Origin: Nannocystis bainbridge
GTDB taxonomy: Bacteria; Myxococcota_A; Polyangia; Nannocystales; Nannocystaceae
Direction: 5' to 3'
Length of the DNA stretch: 64,000 bases
NCBI RefSeq assembly: GCF_028368995.1
Contig: NZ_JAQNDL010000003.1
Coordinates: forward strand, 2,432,001-2,496,000
Position 1 is the first letter of the stretch, and the number at the start of each line of letters is the position of its first letter. The notes below the pieces were generated by a model. The model was not told where the DNA came from, did not search any database, and was given only the letters and a program-made list of their open reading frames with translations. Below are positions 19,868 to 28,827 of this stretch, one piece after another. Position numbers and translations under genes: made by a program.

Positions 19868-22318
19868 CTACTCGAGGCTGGCGACGATCAGGTCTTCGGG
19901 GATGAGCTTGCTCGGGGGGCCGGAGCAGACCATCCACAGCTGGTGGGCGGCGCGGGTGGCCCCGATGTGCAGCAGGTGGCGCGACTCGATGACCTCCGGG
20001 TAGTTCTGGGACGTCGGGTCGAGCAGGACCACGTAGTCGAACTCGAGGCCCTTGACCTGGCGGATGTCGGTGACGTCGATGCCGGGGGTGAAGCTGAAGT
20101 CCTGGCGGCCGACGCGGCGCAGCTTGGGCACCTCGGCGATGCGCAGGGCGTCGTAGTACACGTCGGCCTGCTGCGGGTAGCGGGTGACGAGCGCGCAGCT
20201 GGCCGTCGGCTCGCGCTGGATCAGCGCGCGCAGGGCCTCGGCCAGGAACGCGACCGCCTCGCCGGTGTCGCCGAACTGGTAGTAGCCGACCGGCGCGCCC
20301 TCGCGGGCGATGAGCGCGTCCTCCGGGCTGTGCAGCGGCCCGAGCACGAAGCGCGACAGCTCCATCACCTGGCGCGTCGAGCGGTAGGTGATCTTCAGCG
20401 GCTGGATCGCCACGTGCGGCAGCCCGGCGTCGCCGAGCAGCTGCGGCCAGTCGACGAAGCCGTTGTCGAAGATCATCTTCTGCGCCCGGTCGCCGGCGAT
20501 CGTCACGCTCTGGCCGTCGGTGGCGCAGTCGAGCAGCACGCGGACCTCGAGCGGCGCCAGGTCCTGGGCCTCGTCGATGACGATGTGCTCGTACTCGAAG
20601 CGCTTGCCGCCGAGGAACAGGCCGCCGTACTTGCGCTGCAGCAGGCGCAGCAGGATCGCGTCGTCCTCGGGGTCGAGCCCGACGCTGTGGTGGCCCATGC
20701 GCGTGCGCGCCGGCAGCGGCGCGTCGCCCTCGCCGTCCTCGCCCTCGGGCTCGGCCTCGCCCTTCGGCGGGGCCGGCTCGCTGTCGATGCTGGGCTCGCT
20801 GCGCGGCTCGTCGGGCTCGTCCTCGTCGCGCTCCTCGGGCTCGGGCTCCTCGTCGAGCTCGGCCTTGGCCGCGCACCAGCGCACGATCGTGGCCACGTCG
20901 GCGTCGTTGAAGGCGCCGGGGGCGTACTCCCGCAGCGCGGTGCGCAGGGCGTCGCTGTCGGTCATCAGCTCGAGCCAGTCGTCGCAGACGTCGCGCAGGT
21001 CGTCGCGGATGGCCCGCAGCGCGGTCTCGGCGGCCGCGCGCGCGGGCCCGGGGATGCTGACGTCGGCCTTGATCTGGTCGAGCGTGCGCTCGGCGCGGAC
21101 GACCGGCGGGAGGTCGGTGTTGCGCTTCCACACCGCGAACGCCGCCTCGGCGCCGGCGCGCTCGCCGAGCCGCTTCTTGAGCAGCTCCTCGGCCTCCTCG
21201 AGCTGCCAGCCGATGCGGTCGTCGATCATGCGCAGGACGACCGGGTGCTTCTTGAAGCGGCTGACGGCGTCGGGCACCCCGTCGATGTGGCTGATGGGGA
21301 TCCGCAGCTTGAGCTTGCGCAGCAGCTGGGTGCTCCACTTGCGGTAGGTCGTGACCGGCACGCCGTCGATGCCGAGCGCCGGCAGCACGTGGCGGATGTA
21401 CTCGACCAGGGCCTCGTTGAAGACCATGATCAGCATCTTGCTCGGGGCGAACCGGCGCCGGTCCTGATAGGCGAGGTAGGCCACGCGGTGCAGCGCGACC
21501 GTCGTCTTGCCCGAGCCGGCGCCGCCCTGGATCAGCACGATGCCCGACTCGGGCTGCGTGATCAGGTTGAACTGCTCCTTGTCGATGAGCGCCGTGATCT
21601 CCTGCAGGTGCTTGTCGGCGCGCGGCTGGTCGTCGTCGCCGTGGACGCCGAGCTGGCCCTGGGGCACGCGCACGGCGGTGCCGACCCCGCCCTCGAGCAT
21701 CGGCTTGGCGGCGCCGACGGCGTCGCGCCAGCGGCCGCGGCGGTCGCTGACGAAGGTGCCCTGCGGGGCCGACACGCGGCGCAGGCTCGACTCCATCACC
21801 GCGACCGAGCGGCGGATCATGACGGTGCCCTCGAGCGAGCGCGAGTCGAACTCCTCCTCGTACTCGTCGTCCTCCTCGTAGCGGTAGTAGAGGCGCGACA
21901 CCGGGGCGTTGCGCCAGTCGACGATCGACAGGCCGTCGCCGTCGTCGAGCAGGGTGCGCTTGCCGACCAGCACGTCGCGCAGCCGCTTCGACTTGGCCTC
22001 GCGCAGGCGGAGGTGGCCGAAGTACGGGTTGTTCGGGTCGACCGGCGCGTCGCGGCCCTGACCGCGGGTGCGGCTGAGGGCGGCGACTTGGTGCATCTGC
22101 TCGACGAGGGAGGCCTGGTCCTCCTCCTTGGCCTCGGCCAGGGCGTCGCGCAGCTCGATCAGCTGGGCGTCGAGGTCCTCAATCTGCCCGGGCGCGTTCT
22201 GGGCCTCGCGTTCGAGGCGCTCCTGAATGCGGCGCAGAATGTCGAGCTCTTCGGCGACGATCTTGCCGCCCTCGTCGGACAGCGCGTGGAGGTCGGGGTC
22301 CTGGTGCTCCTGCGACAC
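19868..22318 (-). CDS. HelD-like SF1 helicase/ATPase (RNA polymerase recycling family)
   Basis: PYFGHL, IVDWRNAPVSRLYY, QGGAGSGKTTVALHRVAYL, IDEAQD, GDRAQ, YRST, KGLEFD, TRAAHQL; GTG start at 22318 inferred. Confidence 0.88.
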   Translation of the reverse strand: MSQEHQDPDLHALSDEGGKIVAEELDILRRIQERLEREAQNAPGQIEDLDAQLIELRDALAEAKEEDQASLVEQMHQVAALSRTRGQGRDAPVDPNNPYFGHLRLREAKSKRLRDVLVGKRTLLDDGDGLSIVDWRNAPVSRLYYRYEEDDEYEEEFDSRSLEGTVMIRRSVAVMESSLRRVSAPQGTFVSDRRGRWRDAVGAAKPMLEGGVGTAVRVPQGQLGVHGDDDQPRADKHLQEITALIDKEQFNLITQPESGIVLIQGGAGSGKTTVALHRVAYLAYQDRRRFAPSKMLIMVFNEALVEYIRHVLPALGIDGVPVTTYRKWSTQLLRKLKLRIPISHIDGVPDAVSRFKKHPVVLRMIDDRIGWQLEEAEELLKKRLGERAGAEAAFAVWKRNTDLPPVVRAERTLDQIKADVSIPGPARAAAETALRAIRDDLRDVCDDWLELMTDSDALRTALREYAPGAFNDADVATIVRWCAAKAELDEEPEPEERDEDEPDEPRSEPSIDSEPAPPKGEAEPEGEDGEGDAPLPARTRMGHHSVGLDPEDDAILLRLLQRKYGGLFLGGKRFEYEHIVIDEAQDLAPLEVRVLLDCATDGQSVTIAGDRAQKMIFDNGFVDWPQLLGDAGLPHVAIQPLKITYRSTRQVMELSRFVLGPLHSPEDALIAREGAPVGYYQFGDTGEAVAFLAEALRALIQREPTASCALVTRYPQQADVYYDALRIAEVPKLRRVGRQDFSFTPGIDVTDIRQVKGLEFDYVVLLDPTSQNYPEVIESRHLLHIGATRAAHQLWMVCSGPPSKLIPEDLIVASLE

Positions 22319-22493
22319 GATCGGTGTGCATAGCAAACTGGCCGCTAGCCGGCCAGTGGGCGCGCACGCCCCGGTGTGAGGCGACCCATAGATTCGTCCG
22401 GGAGGCGCCATGGCCCGCTGCGTCGGGTTTTGCGGCGGCAGACCGGCCCGCGGCGGCGGCCGATCGGTCCGGCGTCGATCGGGGACGCCGACC

Positions 22494-22529
22494 AAAAAGG
22501 CGGAGGCCGCCTCCGAAAACCGGAGACGG
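22494..22529 (-). terminator. rho-independent terminator downstream of VWA gene
   Basis: Minus strand CGGAGG-cgg-CCTCCG followed by CCTTTTT. Confidence 0.55.
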
Positions 22530-22581
22530 CCCCTGCGTGCGGCTTGGCCGCTCACGGACCTCGTGGGCCCGTGTCGTCCGC

Positions 22582-24837
22582 TCAGGCGCGGCGGCGACGG
22601 CGGATGAAGCCCGCCAGGCCGAGCGTGAAGATCGAGGCGAGCAGGCCGCGGGTCTGACCCTCGGTGTCGTCGACCTTGCAACCGCAACCACCCTCGTCGG
22701 TGCCCGCGCCGGTGTCGGTCGCGGTGTCGGGGCTCTCGGTGTCGGTGCTGTCCGTGTCGCTGCCACCGTCGGTCGCGGTGACGTTGCCACCCGTCGGGTT
22801 GGTGGTCGTCGTCGGCGCGTCGGTGGTCGTGACGGGACCGTCGGTGGTGGTGCCGGTGGTCGGCGGCTCGTCCGTGGTCGGGCCGGCGCTGGTCTCCGAC
22901 GTCTCGGTGGTGGTGACCGGCGTGGTGTCGGTCTCGTCGGTGTCGGTCCCCGGCGTGTCGGTGTCGGTCCCCGGCGTGTCGGTGTCGGTCGCCGTCGTGT
23001 CGGTGTCCGACTCGCTGGTCGTGCTGGTCGTGCCCATCGGCAGCGGATCCGGCTCGTTGGTGGTCGGCTCCGGGTTCATCGCGCAGTTGACGAAGCCGCA
23101 GCACGGGTCGAACGTGATCTGCTCGATGATGCTGGCCAGCGCCGCCTCGAGGGCCGCCTGGTTGTTGGCGTCGTAGTACATCTCGGCGTTGCCCGAGCCC
23201 CACTTGGCCATGTTGTTCAGCTTGGCCTGCGAGGCCGGGCTGCTGACCAGGTCGCCGAAGCCGATCACGTAGGTCGTGACGCCCGCGTTGAACATCGCCT
23301 GCAGCGGCGTCTGGACCTGCGCGTCGGTCGACTGGTAGTCGCCGTCGGTGACCAGGATGTTGATGAACTTGGTGTTCGCGTCACACGGGTACGGGAACAT
23401 CGGGTTCGCGCAAGCGGCCTTGTAGTCCGTGATGTTCTGCTGGACCAGCTGGAGGCCGAGGTGCGTGTACGTGCCGGAGCCGACGCACGCCTCGGGCAGG
23501 TTGCCCGCGAAGTCGCACTTCGGCATGTGGCTGACGGTCTGAGCGTCGAAGCCCGGCGGGTCGTTCGCGGTGCCGTCCTGGAAGGTCCAGGTGATCGGCG
23601 GGCCGCCCCACGGGTCGGTGCAACCGGGCGCCTCGCACGAGGTGGCCGGGTCGAGGGCCCAGTTGAAGTTGTCCTTCATGCAGGGGCCGTAGTTGACGAT
23701 CAGCTTCTGCTCGCCCGGCGCGGGCGCGTTGAAGCCGAACACCGCGAGGCCGAGGTGCACCAGGTTCTCGACCTTCTGCTGGCCGAAGACCTCCTGGTCG
23801 AACAGCGAGTTGGCGCCGGCGAGCGCCTCGCGAGCGGCGTCCCAACCCGTCATGCCCTGCGGGCCGGCCTGGGTGCCGTTCATGATGTTGAGCATCGACG
23901 ACGAGGCGTCGAGGAGCACCATGACGCGCGGGAGGCCCGGCGCGCAGATCGGCTGGATGACGTCGGAGATGATCGCCTGGACGACCATCTTGAGCGCGTC
24001 GATGAGCTGCTGCGGGTTGGCGGCGTCGTACGCCGTGCCGGTGCCGCCGTTCATCGCGATCTCGTCGGCGAACATCTTGCCCATCGCCTCGCCGATGGCG
24101 ACGACGTAGGTCGGGACCTGGCTGTTGTCGAACAGGTCCTTGGCGGTGAGCGACGGGTTCTGGTTGGCCGGGCCGGGCGACTGGGTGCCCGACGGGTCGG
24201 TCCACTGGCCGTCGGTGAGCAGCACGATCGCGCCCTTGCGCTGCGCCTTGTCGTTCGGGTGGTCGGCCCAGGTCTGCAGGATGTAGGCCTTGGCCTTGTC
24301 CATCGCGCCCTTGGTCCACGTGCCGATGCCGGTGAGGCTGCCGTTGATCGGCGCGGGCACCGACATGATGGCGGTCTTGATCGCCTCGCCGTTACACTGG
24401 AAGTACGCCTTGTCCGGCGCCGCCTCGTCGTAGAAACCGACGTCGATCTTCTGACCGTCGGTGATGCCCGACGAGTCGTTCTGGATCAGCGTGCCAGTCT
24501 GACCGACGTTGGGGTCGTGACCGAAGCGCATCAGGCCGAGCAGGACGTTGCCCTGCAGGTAGCCGTTGTCAGCGTCGACCATCTCCACGATCGCGCTCAC
24601 GGCCGCTTCCCAGCGGGTCTCGTTGGCGTCGAACATGGTGTTCATCGACGTCGAGTAGTCGGCGACGATGAGGAACAGCGGCTTGACGAAGGTGCACTGA
24701 CCTTCCTCGACACACACGGGGGCGGCGGCCGCGGGCGGCGGCTCCGAGCCACCGATGAAGGCGATGCCGACGCCGGCGAGGAGACCGACCTGCACGCCGA
24801 GGCGCTTCCAACTTCCAATCAGACTGAGACGCTTCAT
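22582..24837 (-). CDS. double VWA-domain surface protein with Thr-rich stalk and MYXO-CTERM-like tail
   Basis: Two MIDAS-like motifs (DYSTSM, DASSSM) with TDG; DTDTPGT repeats; GCGC...hydrophobic...RRRRRA C-terminus. Confidence 0.85.
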   Translation of the reverse strand: MKRLSLIGSWKRLGVQVGLLAGVGIAFIGGSEPPPAAAAPVCVEEGQCTFVKPLFLIVADYSTSMNTMFDANETRWEAAVSAIVEMVDADNGYLQGNVLLGLMRFGHDPNVGQTGTLIQNDSSGITDGQKIDVGFYDEAAPDKAYFQCNGEAIKTAIMSVPAPINGSLTGIGTWTKGAMDKAKAYILQTWADHPNDKAQRKGAIVLLTDGQWTDPSGTQSPGPANQNPSLTAKDLFDNSQVPTYVVAIGEAMGKMFADEIAMNGGTGTAYDAANPQQLIDALKMVVQAIISDVIQPICAPGLPRVMVLLDASSSMLNIMNGTQAGPQGMTGWDAAREALAGANSLFDQEVFGQQKVENLVHLGLAVFGFNAPAPGEQKLIVNYGPCMKDNFNWALDPATSCEAPGCTDPWGGPPITWTFQDGTANDPPGFDAQTVSHMPKCDFAGNLPEACVGSGTYTHLGLQLVQQNITDYKAACANPMFPYPCDANTKFINILVTDGDYQSTDAQVQTPLQAMFNAGVTTYVIGFGDLVSSPASQAKLNNMAKWGSGNAEMYYDANNQAALEAALASIIEQITFDPCCGFVNCAMNPEPTTNEPDPLPMGTTSTTSESDTDTTATDTDTPGTDTDTPGTDTDETDTTPVTTTETSETSAGPTTDEPPTTGTTTDGPVTTTDAPTTTTNPTGGNVTATDGGSDTDSTDTESPDTATDTGAGTDEGGCGCKVDDTEGQTRGLLASIFTLGLAGFIRRRRRA

Positions 24838-24926
24838 TGCTGGTAATCCTTGTGGGGCTTAGTACCGGGTGCCGACACGCCTCGCGCATGCGCGTTGCGT
24901 TTCGCGGGTTTGAGACAGCGCGGGGC

Positions 24927-24956
24927 ACGGTACGCCAGAGTCACGGAGGGCGTCAA
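24927..24956 (-). promoter_or_regulatory. putative sigma70 promoter for VWA gene
   Basis: TTGACG-N18-TACCGT on minus strand. Confidence 0.5.
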
Positions 24957-25140
24957 TACACCGGAGGGCGGCCGTGCAACCAAGGTTGCACACTAAAGAT
25001 GGTTCGCCTCGAGCACCGTCGAGCACGCGATGATCGTCAGCTTCGGTCGAGTAGTGGGACGAGAATGCGTGAAGCAACGCACGCAAGCGGGAGCACCGCG
25101 ATGTCCGAGGTCGCGGTCAAAAGGGCGCTAAGAGTCGCTC

Positions 25141-27120
25141 GTGCGCACGCCGTTTTCGTCCTCGTCGCTCATGCTGTCGACGGCCCTGATGCTGGCGCCA
25201 GGCTGCACACGGCCCGTCGCATCGACGACCGCGGCGCCTGCGGAGCGAGCTGATGCGTCTGCCCCGACGACTGCGACGTGGACGCCCGACCGCGCCCGTC
25301 TGCAAGCGGACATCGCTGCGCTCGCGCGCGACGAGATGCGGGGCCGCTTCACCTTGAGTCCCGAGCTCGCTCAGGCCGCGGAGTACTTGGCGCAGCGGCA
25401 CCAGGAGCTCGGCCTCGAGCCGGTTGCGGGCGATTCGCTCCTGGCCAACTTTTCGCTTTCCGTCGGCGTCCGTGCGCGTGAGCCTGTGAGCTTGCAGCTC
25501 GTCCGCGGCGCGCGGGCGACGTCGGTCGCGAGCGGCGAGTTTTCGATCTCGCCGCAGACGGCGAGCGGCGAGGTGCAGGGAGCTGCCGTGTTCGTCGGCT
25601 ACGCGGCCGCCTCCGAAGTCACGCCCGGCGACGACGACGCGGCCGCGCCGATCTACGACGACCTCGCCGGCCTCGACCTCAAGGGGAAGATCGCGGTCGT
25701 GCTGCTCGACGCTCCGGGGCGGCCCGACACAGTCACCTTCTTTCGCAGGCTTCAGCGCGAAGCGGGCGATTTCGCGGCAGCGGCCGCCCCGCTCAAGCAG
25801 AGCGGCGACGCGGCCGGCTTGCGCGCGCTGCACGAGCGCACCCGCGGGCGCGTGATCGCCATCCTCCAGCGGTTCATGCCCGAAGCTGACCTGAAGGACA
25901 TGTGGCCCCTGCCCGCCGATCCGCTGACGGTCGAGCTCGATCTGCAGGCGCTCGTCGGCCCGGTCATGCGCGAGGCCGGCAAGCGCAAGGGCCCGCAGTT
26001 CGGCATGGGCGCGGGATCGCTGCGGACCAAGGTCGAGCGTCTGACCAAGGCGGGCGCCGTCGCGGTGATCGCCGTACGCGGGCCTCGGAGTTTCCTCGAC
26101 GCGGAAGAGCGCGAGGCGGACGCGTTCGCGCCGCTGCAGCGGGAGGACGGCGTGGTCGGCGAGCCGTTCGCGCTGCCGGTGGTGCAGATGAAGTGGAAGG
26201 CGGCCGACAGGCTGCTGCGCGTCGGCAAGGCCAAGCAGAAGATCTCCGCGGTGCAGGAGGGGATCGACACCAAGCTCGCGCCGCTCTCGGGGGACATCCC
26301 CGGGGTCGAGCTGAAGTTGTCGGCCAGCGTCGAGCCGATCCAGGTCGAGGTCCCGAACGTGCTGGCGAAGATCTCCGGCACCGACCTCCGCGACGAGATC
26401 GTCGTGCTCGGCGCGCACTACGATCACATCGGCGTCGTCGGCCGCGGCGAGTGCAGCGAGGCGCGCAAGGACGACGTCGTCGACGGCATCTGCAACGGGG
26501 CCGACGACAACGCCAGCGGCACGGCGATGCTGCTCGAGCTGGCGCGGCACTTCCGCGAGCAGCGGCCGCGGCGCACCGTCGTGTTCGCCCACTTCGCCGG
26601 CGAGGAGCTGGGGCTGCTCGGCTCCAAGGCGCTGGCGGAGCGGCCGCCGTTTGCGCTCGACAAGGTCGTCGCCATGGTCAACCTCGACATGATCGGCCGA
26701 CTCGGACCGAAGGGCCTGGCCGTCGGCGGCCTCGTCTCTTCCGACGCCTGGATGCCGCTGCTCGACCGCCTCGGCACCGCCGGCCTCTCGGTGCTCTACG
26801 AGGCCAGCGTCGCCACGCGCAGCGACCACGCCAGCTTCTACAAGAAGAGCCTGCCGGTGCTGTTCTTCTTCACGGGCACCCACGCCGACTACCACCGGCC
26901 GGGCGACCACGCCGACAAGATCAACTACGACGGCCTGGTGGCGATCGGCACCCTCGTCGGCGGGGTCGCGCGCGCGGTCGCCGACGGCTTGCCCGTGCCG
27001 TACAAAGCCCCGCCCGAGGGTGGGGGCCTCGCCTCCGGCTTGCCCGGGTCGAACCCCGACACCGTCGTCAAGCGGGTCCAGGGCACCTCGACCCCGGTCA
27101 CGGCCCCCGTCGCGGAGTGA
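25141..27120 (+). CDS. M28 family aminopeptidase with PA-like insert, probable lipoprotein
   Basis: GAHYDHIG, NGADDNASG, FAGEELGLLGS, NLDMIGR, SDHASF, HADYHRPGD. Confidence 0.92.
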   Translation: MRTPFSSSSLMLSTALMLAPGCTRPVASTTAAPAERADASAPTTATWTPDRARLQADIAALARDEMRGRFTLSPELAQAAEYLAQRHQELGLEPVAGDSLLANFSLSVGVRAREPVSLQLVRGARATSVASGEFSISPQTASGEVQGAAVFVGYAAASEVTPGDDDAAAPIYDDLAGLDLKGKIAVVLLDAPGRPDTVTFFRRLQREAGDFAAAAAPLKQSGDAAGLRALHERTRGRVIAILQRFMPEADLKDMWPLPADPLTVELDLQALVGPVMREAGKRKGPQFGMGAGSLRTKVERLTKAGAVAVIAVRGPRSFLDAEEREADAFAPLQREDGVVGEPFALPVVQMKWKAADRLLRVGKAKQKISAVQEGIDTKLAPLSGDIPGVELKLSASVEPIQVEVPNVLAKISGTDLRDEIVVLGAHYDHIGVVGRGECSEARKDDVVDGICNGADDNASGTAMLLELARHFREQRPRRTVVFAHFAGEELGLLGSKALAERPPFALDKVVAMVNLDMIGRLGPKGLAVGGLVSSDAWMPLLDRLGTAGLSVLYEASVATRSDHASFYKKSLPVLFFFTGTHADYHRPGDHADKINYDGLVAIGTLVGGVARAVADGLPVPYKAPPEGGGLASGLPGSNPDTVVKRVQGTSTPVTAPVAE

Positions 27121-28721
27121 TGACCGTGCCCTCTGCCCCCCAGCGGGTTCGCGTCGACCTCCACCCCGACGCCCTCCTCGACCCCGCCGCCCTGCGCACC
27201 GCCGCCGCCCGCGCGGCCGGCCTGCGCGAGGCCGAGGTCCGCCACGTCGAGGTCGCCCACCGCTCGATCGACGCCCGCCGCGGCCGCGTCCGCGTCCACG
27301 TCGAGCTCGTCGTGCATGTCGGCAAGGACATGCCCGAAGCGCCATGTTACTTGCCACATGTCCTACCGAACATGTCCCAGGAGCCAGCCGTCGTCATCGT
27401 CGGCGCCGGGCCGGCGGGGCTGTTCTGCGCCTGGGGCCTGGCGCGCGCCGGCGTGCGCGCGGTCGTGCTCGAGCGCGGGCGCGACGTGCGGGCGCGGCGG
27501 CACGACCTCGCCGGGCTGAGCCAGCGCGGCGAGCTCGACCCCGAGAGCAACTACTGCTTCGGCGAGGGCGGCGCCGGCACCTACTCCGACGGCAAGCTCT
27601 ATACTCGCGCGACCAAGCGCGGGCCGGTAGATCTGGTCCTGCAGGCCTTCGCCGGCTACGGCGCGCCTGCGGAGATCCTCGTCGACGCCCGGCCGCACAT
27701 CGGCACCAACCGGCTGCCGCGGGTGATCACCGCCATGCGCGAGCACCTCATCGGCGCCGGCGTGGTGGTCCGCTTCGAGGCCCGCGCCGACGCCCTGGTC
27801 GTGCACGACGGCGCGGCCGCGGGCGTGCGCCTGCGCGACGGCGAGGTCGTGCCGGCCCGCGCCGTCGTCGTCGCGCCCGGCCACTCGGCCCGCGACGTCC
27901 AGGCCTGGCTGCGCGCGGCCGGGGTCCAGCTGTCCTTCAAGTCGTTCGCGCTCGGCGTCCGCATCGAGCACCCGCAGGCGCTCGTCGACCGCCTGCAGTA
28001 CGGCGCGCTCGCCGGTCACCCGGCGCTCGGGGCCGCCTCTTACCGCCTCGTCGAGCAGACCAGCGCGGGCGCGGCCTTCTCGTTCTGCATGTGCCCCGGC
28101 GGCTACATCGTGCCCGCGGCCACCGACCCTGGCATGCAGGTCGTCAACGGCATGAGCCCGCACAGCCGGCGCGGCCTGTTCGCCAACTCGGGGCTCGTCA
28201 CCGAGGTCGGCCCGCAGCACCTCGCCGCCGCCGGCCTGTCGCCCGCCGACCCGCTCGCCGGCGTCGAGTATCAGTCGCGCTTCGAGGCCGAGGCCTACCG
28301 CGCCGGCGGTGGGGCCTTCGTCGCCCCGGCCCAGCGCCTCGCCGACTTCGTCGCCGGCGCCCTCTCGCCCGAGCTGCCGCCGACCAGCTATCACCGCGGC
28401 CTCCAGCCGGCCCGCCTCGACCGGCTGCTCGGCCCGCTCGGCCCGCCGCTCCAAGCCGCGCTGCAGGCCCTCGGCGCGCGCATGCCGGGCTTCCTCGGCG
28501 ACGACGCGATCGCCGTGGGTGTCGAGAGCCGCACCAGCTGCCCGGTCCGCATCGACCGCGACGGCGAGACCCTCGAGTCGCCGAGCACCCCGCACCTCTA
28601 CCCGTGCGGCGAGGGAGCGGGATTCGCCGGCGGCATCGTCTCCGCCGCGCTCGACGGCCTCCGCGTCGCGGTCGCCATCGCCCGTCGCCTCGGCGCCCCG
28701 CACGAGCGGATTACGAGCTGA
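27120..28721 (+). CDS. NAD(P)/FAD-dependent oxidoreductase
   Basis: IVGAGPAGLF, FGEGGAGTYSDGKLYTR, PHIGTN, GHSARD, GVRIEHPQ, SFCMCPGG, PCGEGAGFAGGIVSAALDG. Confidence 0.92.
   Translation: MTVPSAPQRVRVDLHPDALLDPAALRTAAARAAGLREAEVRHVEVAHRSIDARRGRVRVHVELVVHVGKDMPEAPCYLPHVLPNMSQEPAVVIVGAGPAGLFCAWGLARAGVRAVVLERGRDVRARRHDLAGLSQRGELDPESNYCFGEGGAGTYSDGKLYTRATKRGPVDLVLQAFAGYGAPAEILVDARPHIGTNRLPRVITAMREHLIGAGVVVRFEARADALVVHDGAAAGVRLRDGEVVPARAVVVAPGHSARDVQAWLRAAGVQLSFKSFALGVRIEHPQALVDRLQYGALAGHPALGAASYRLVEQTSAGAAFSFCMCPGGYIVPAATDPGMQVVNGMSPHSRRGLFANSGLVTEVGPQHLAAAGLSPADPLAGVEYQSRFEAEAYRAGGGAFVAPAQRLADFVAGALSPELPPTSYHRGLQPARLDRLLGPLGPPLQAALQALGARMPGFLGDDAIAVGVESRTSCPVRIDRDGETLESPSTPHLYPCGEGAGFAGGIVSAALDGLRVAVAIARRLGAPHERITS
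27312..27377. repeat. 14-bp-period CATG decamer array inside a CDS (5 units)
   Basis: GTGCATGTCG gcaa GGACATGCCC gaag CGCCATGTTA cttg CCACATGTCC tacc GAACATGTCC; cores 27315-27371 every 14 bp. Confidence 0.88.
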
Positions 28722-28827
28722 CCTTCAGGACAGGCCCCGCGCGTCGGGCGTCTGCGTGACGTTTTTCACTCCTACACCCAGCGTGGGAGGACTGTCTTCA
28801 CGCGAGCGCATGCCTTCTTATGTGCGC

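Noticed and set aside
22700-23030. Thr/Asp-rich and Pro/Glu-rich tandem DNA repeats (also 44570-44935, 45850-46185, 62100-62250)
   Set aside because: In-frame low-complexity protein linkers, explained by the coding sequence.
19868-23203. 1111-aa helicase as given by the ORF track
   Set aside because: The N-terminal ~295 aa overlap the VWA gene in another frame and span a terminator; the real start is near 22318.
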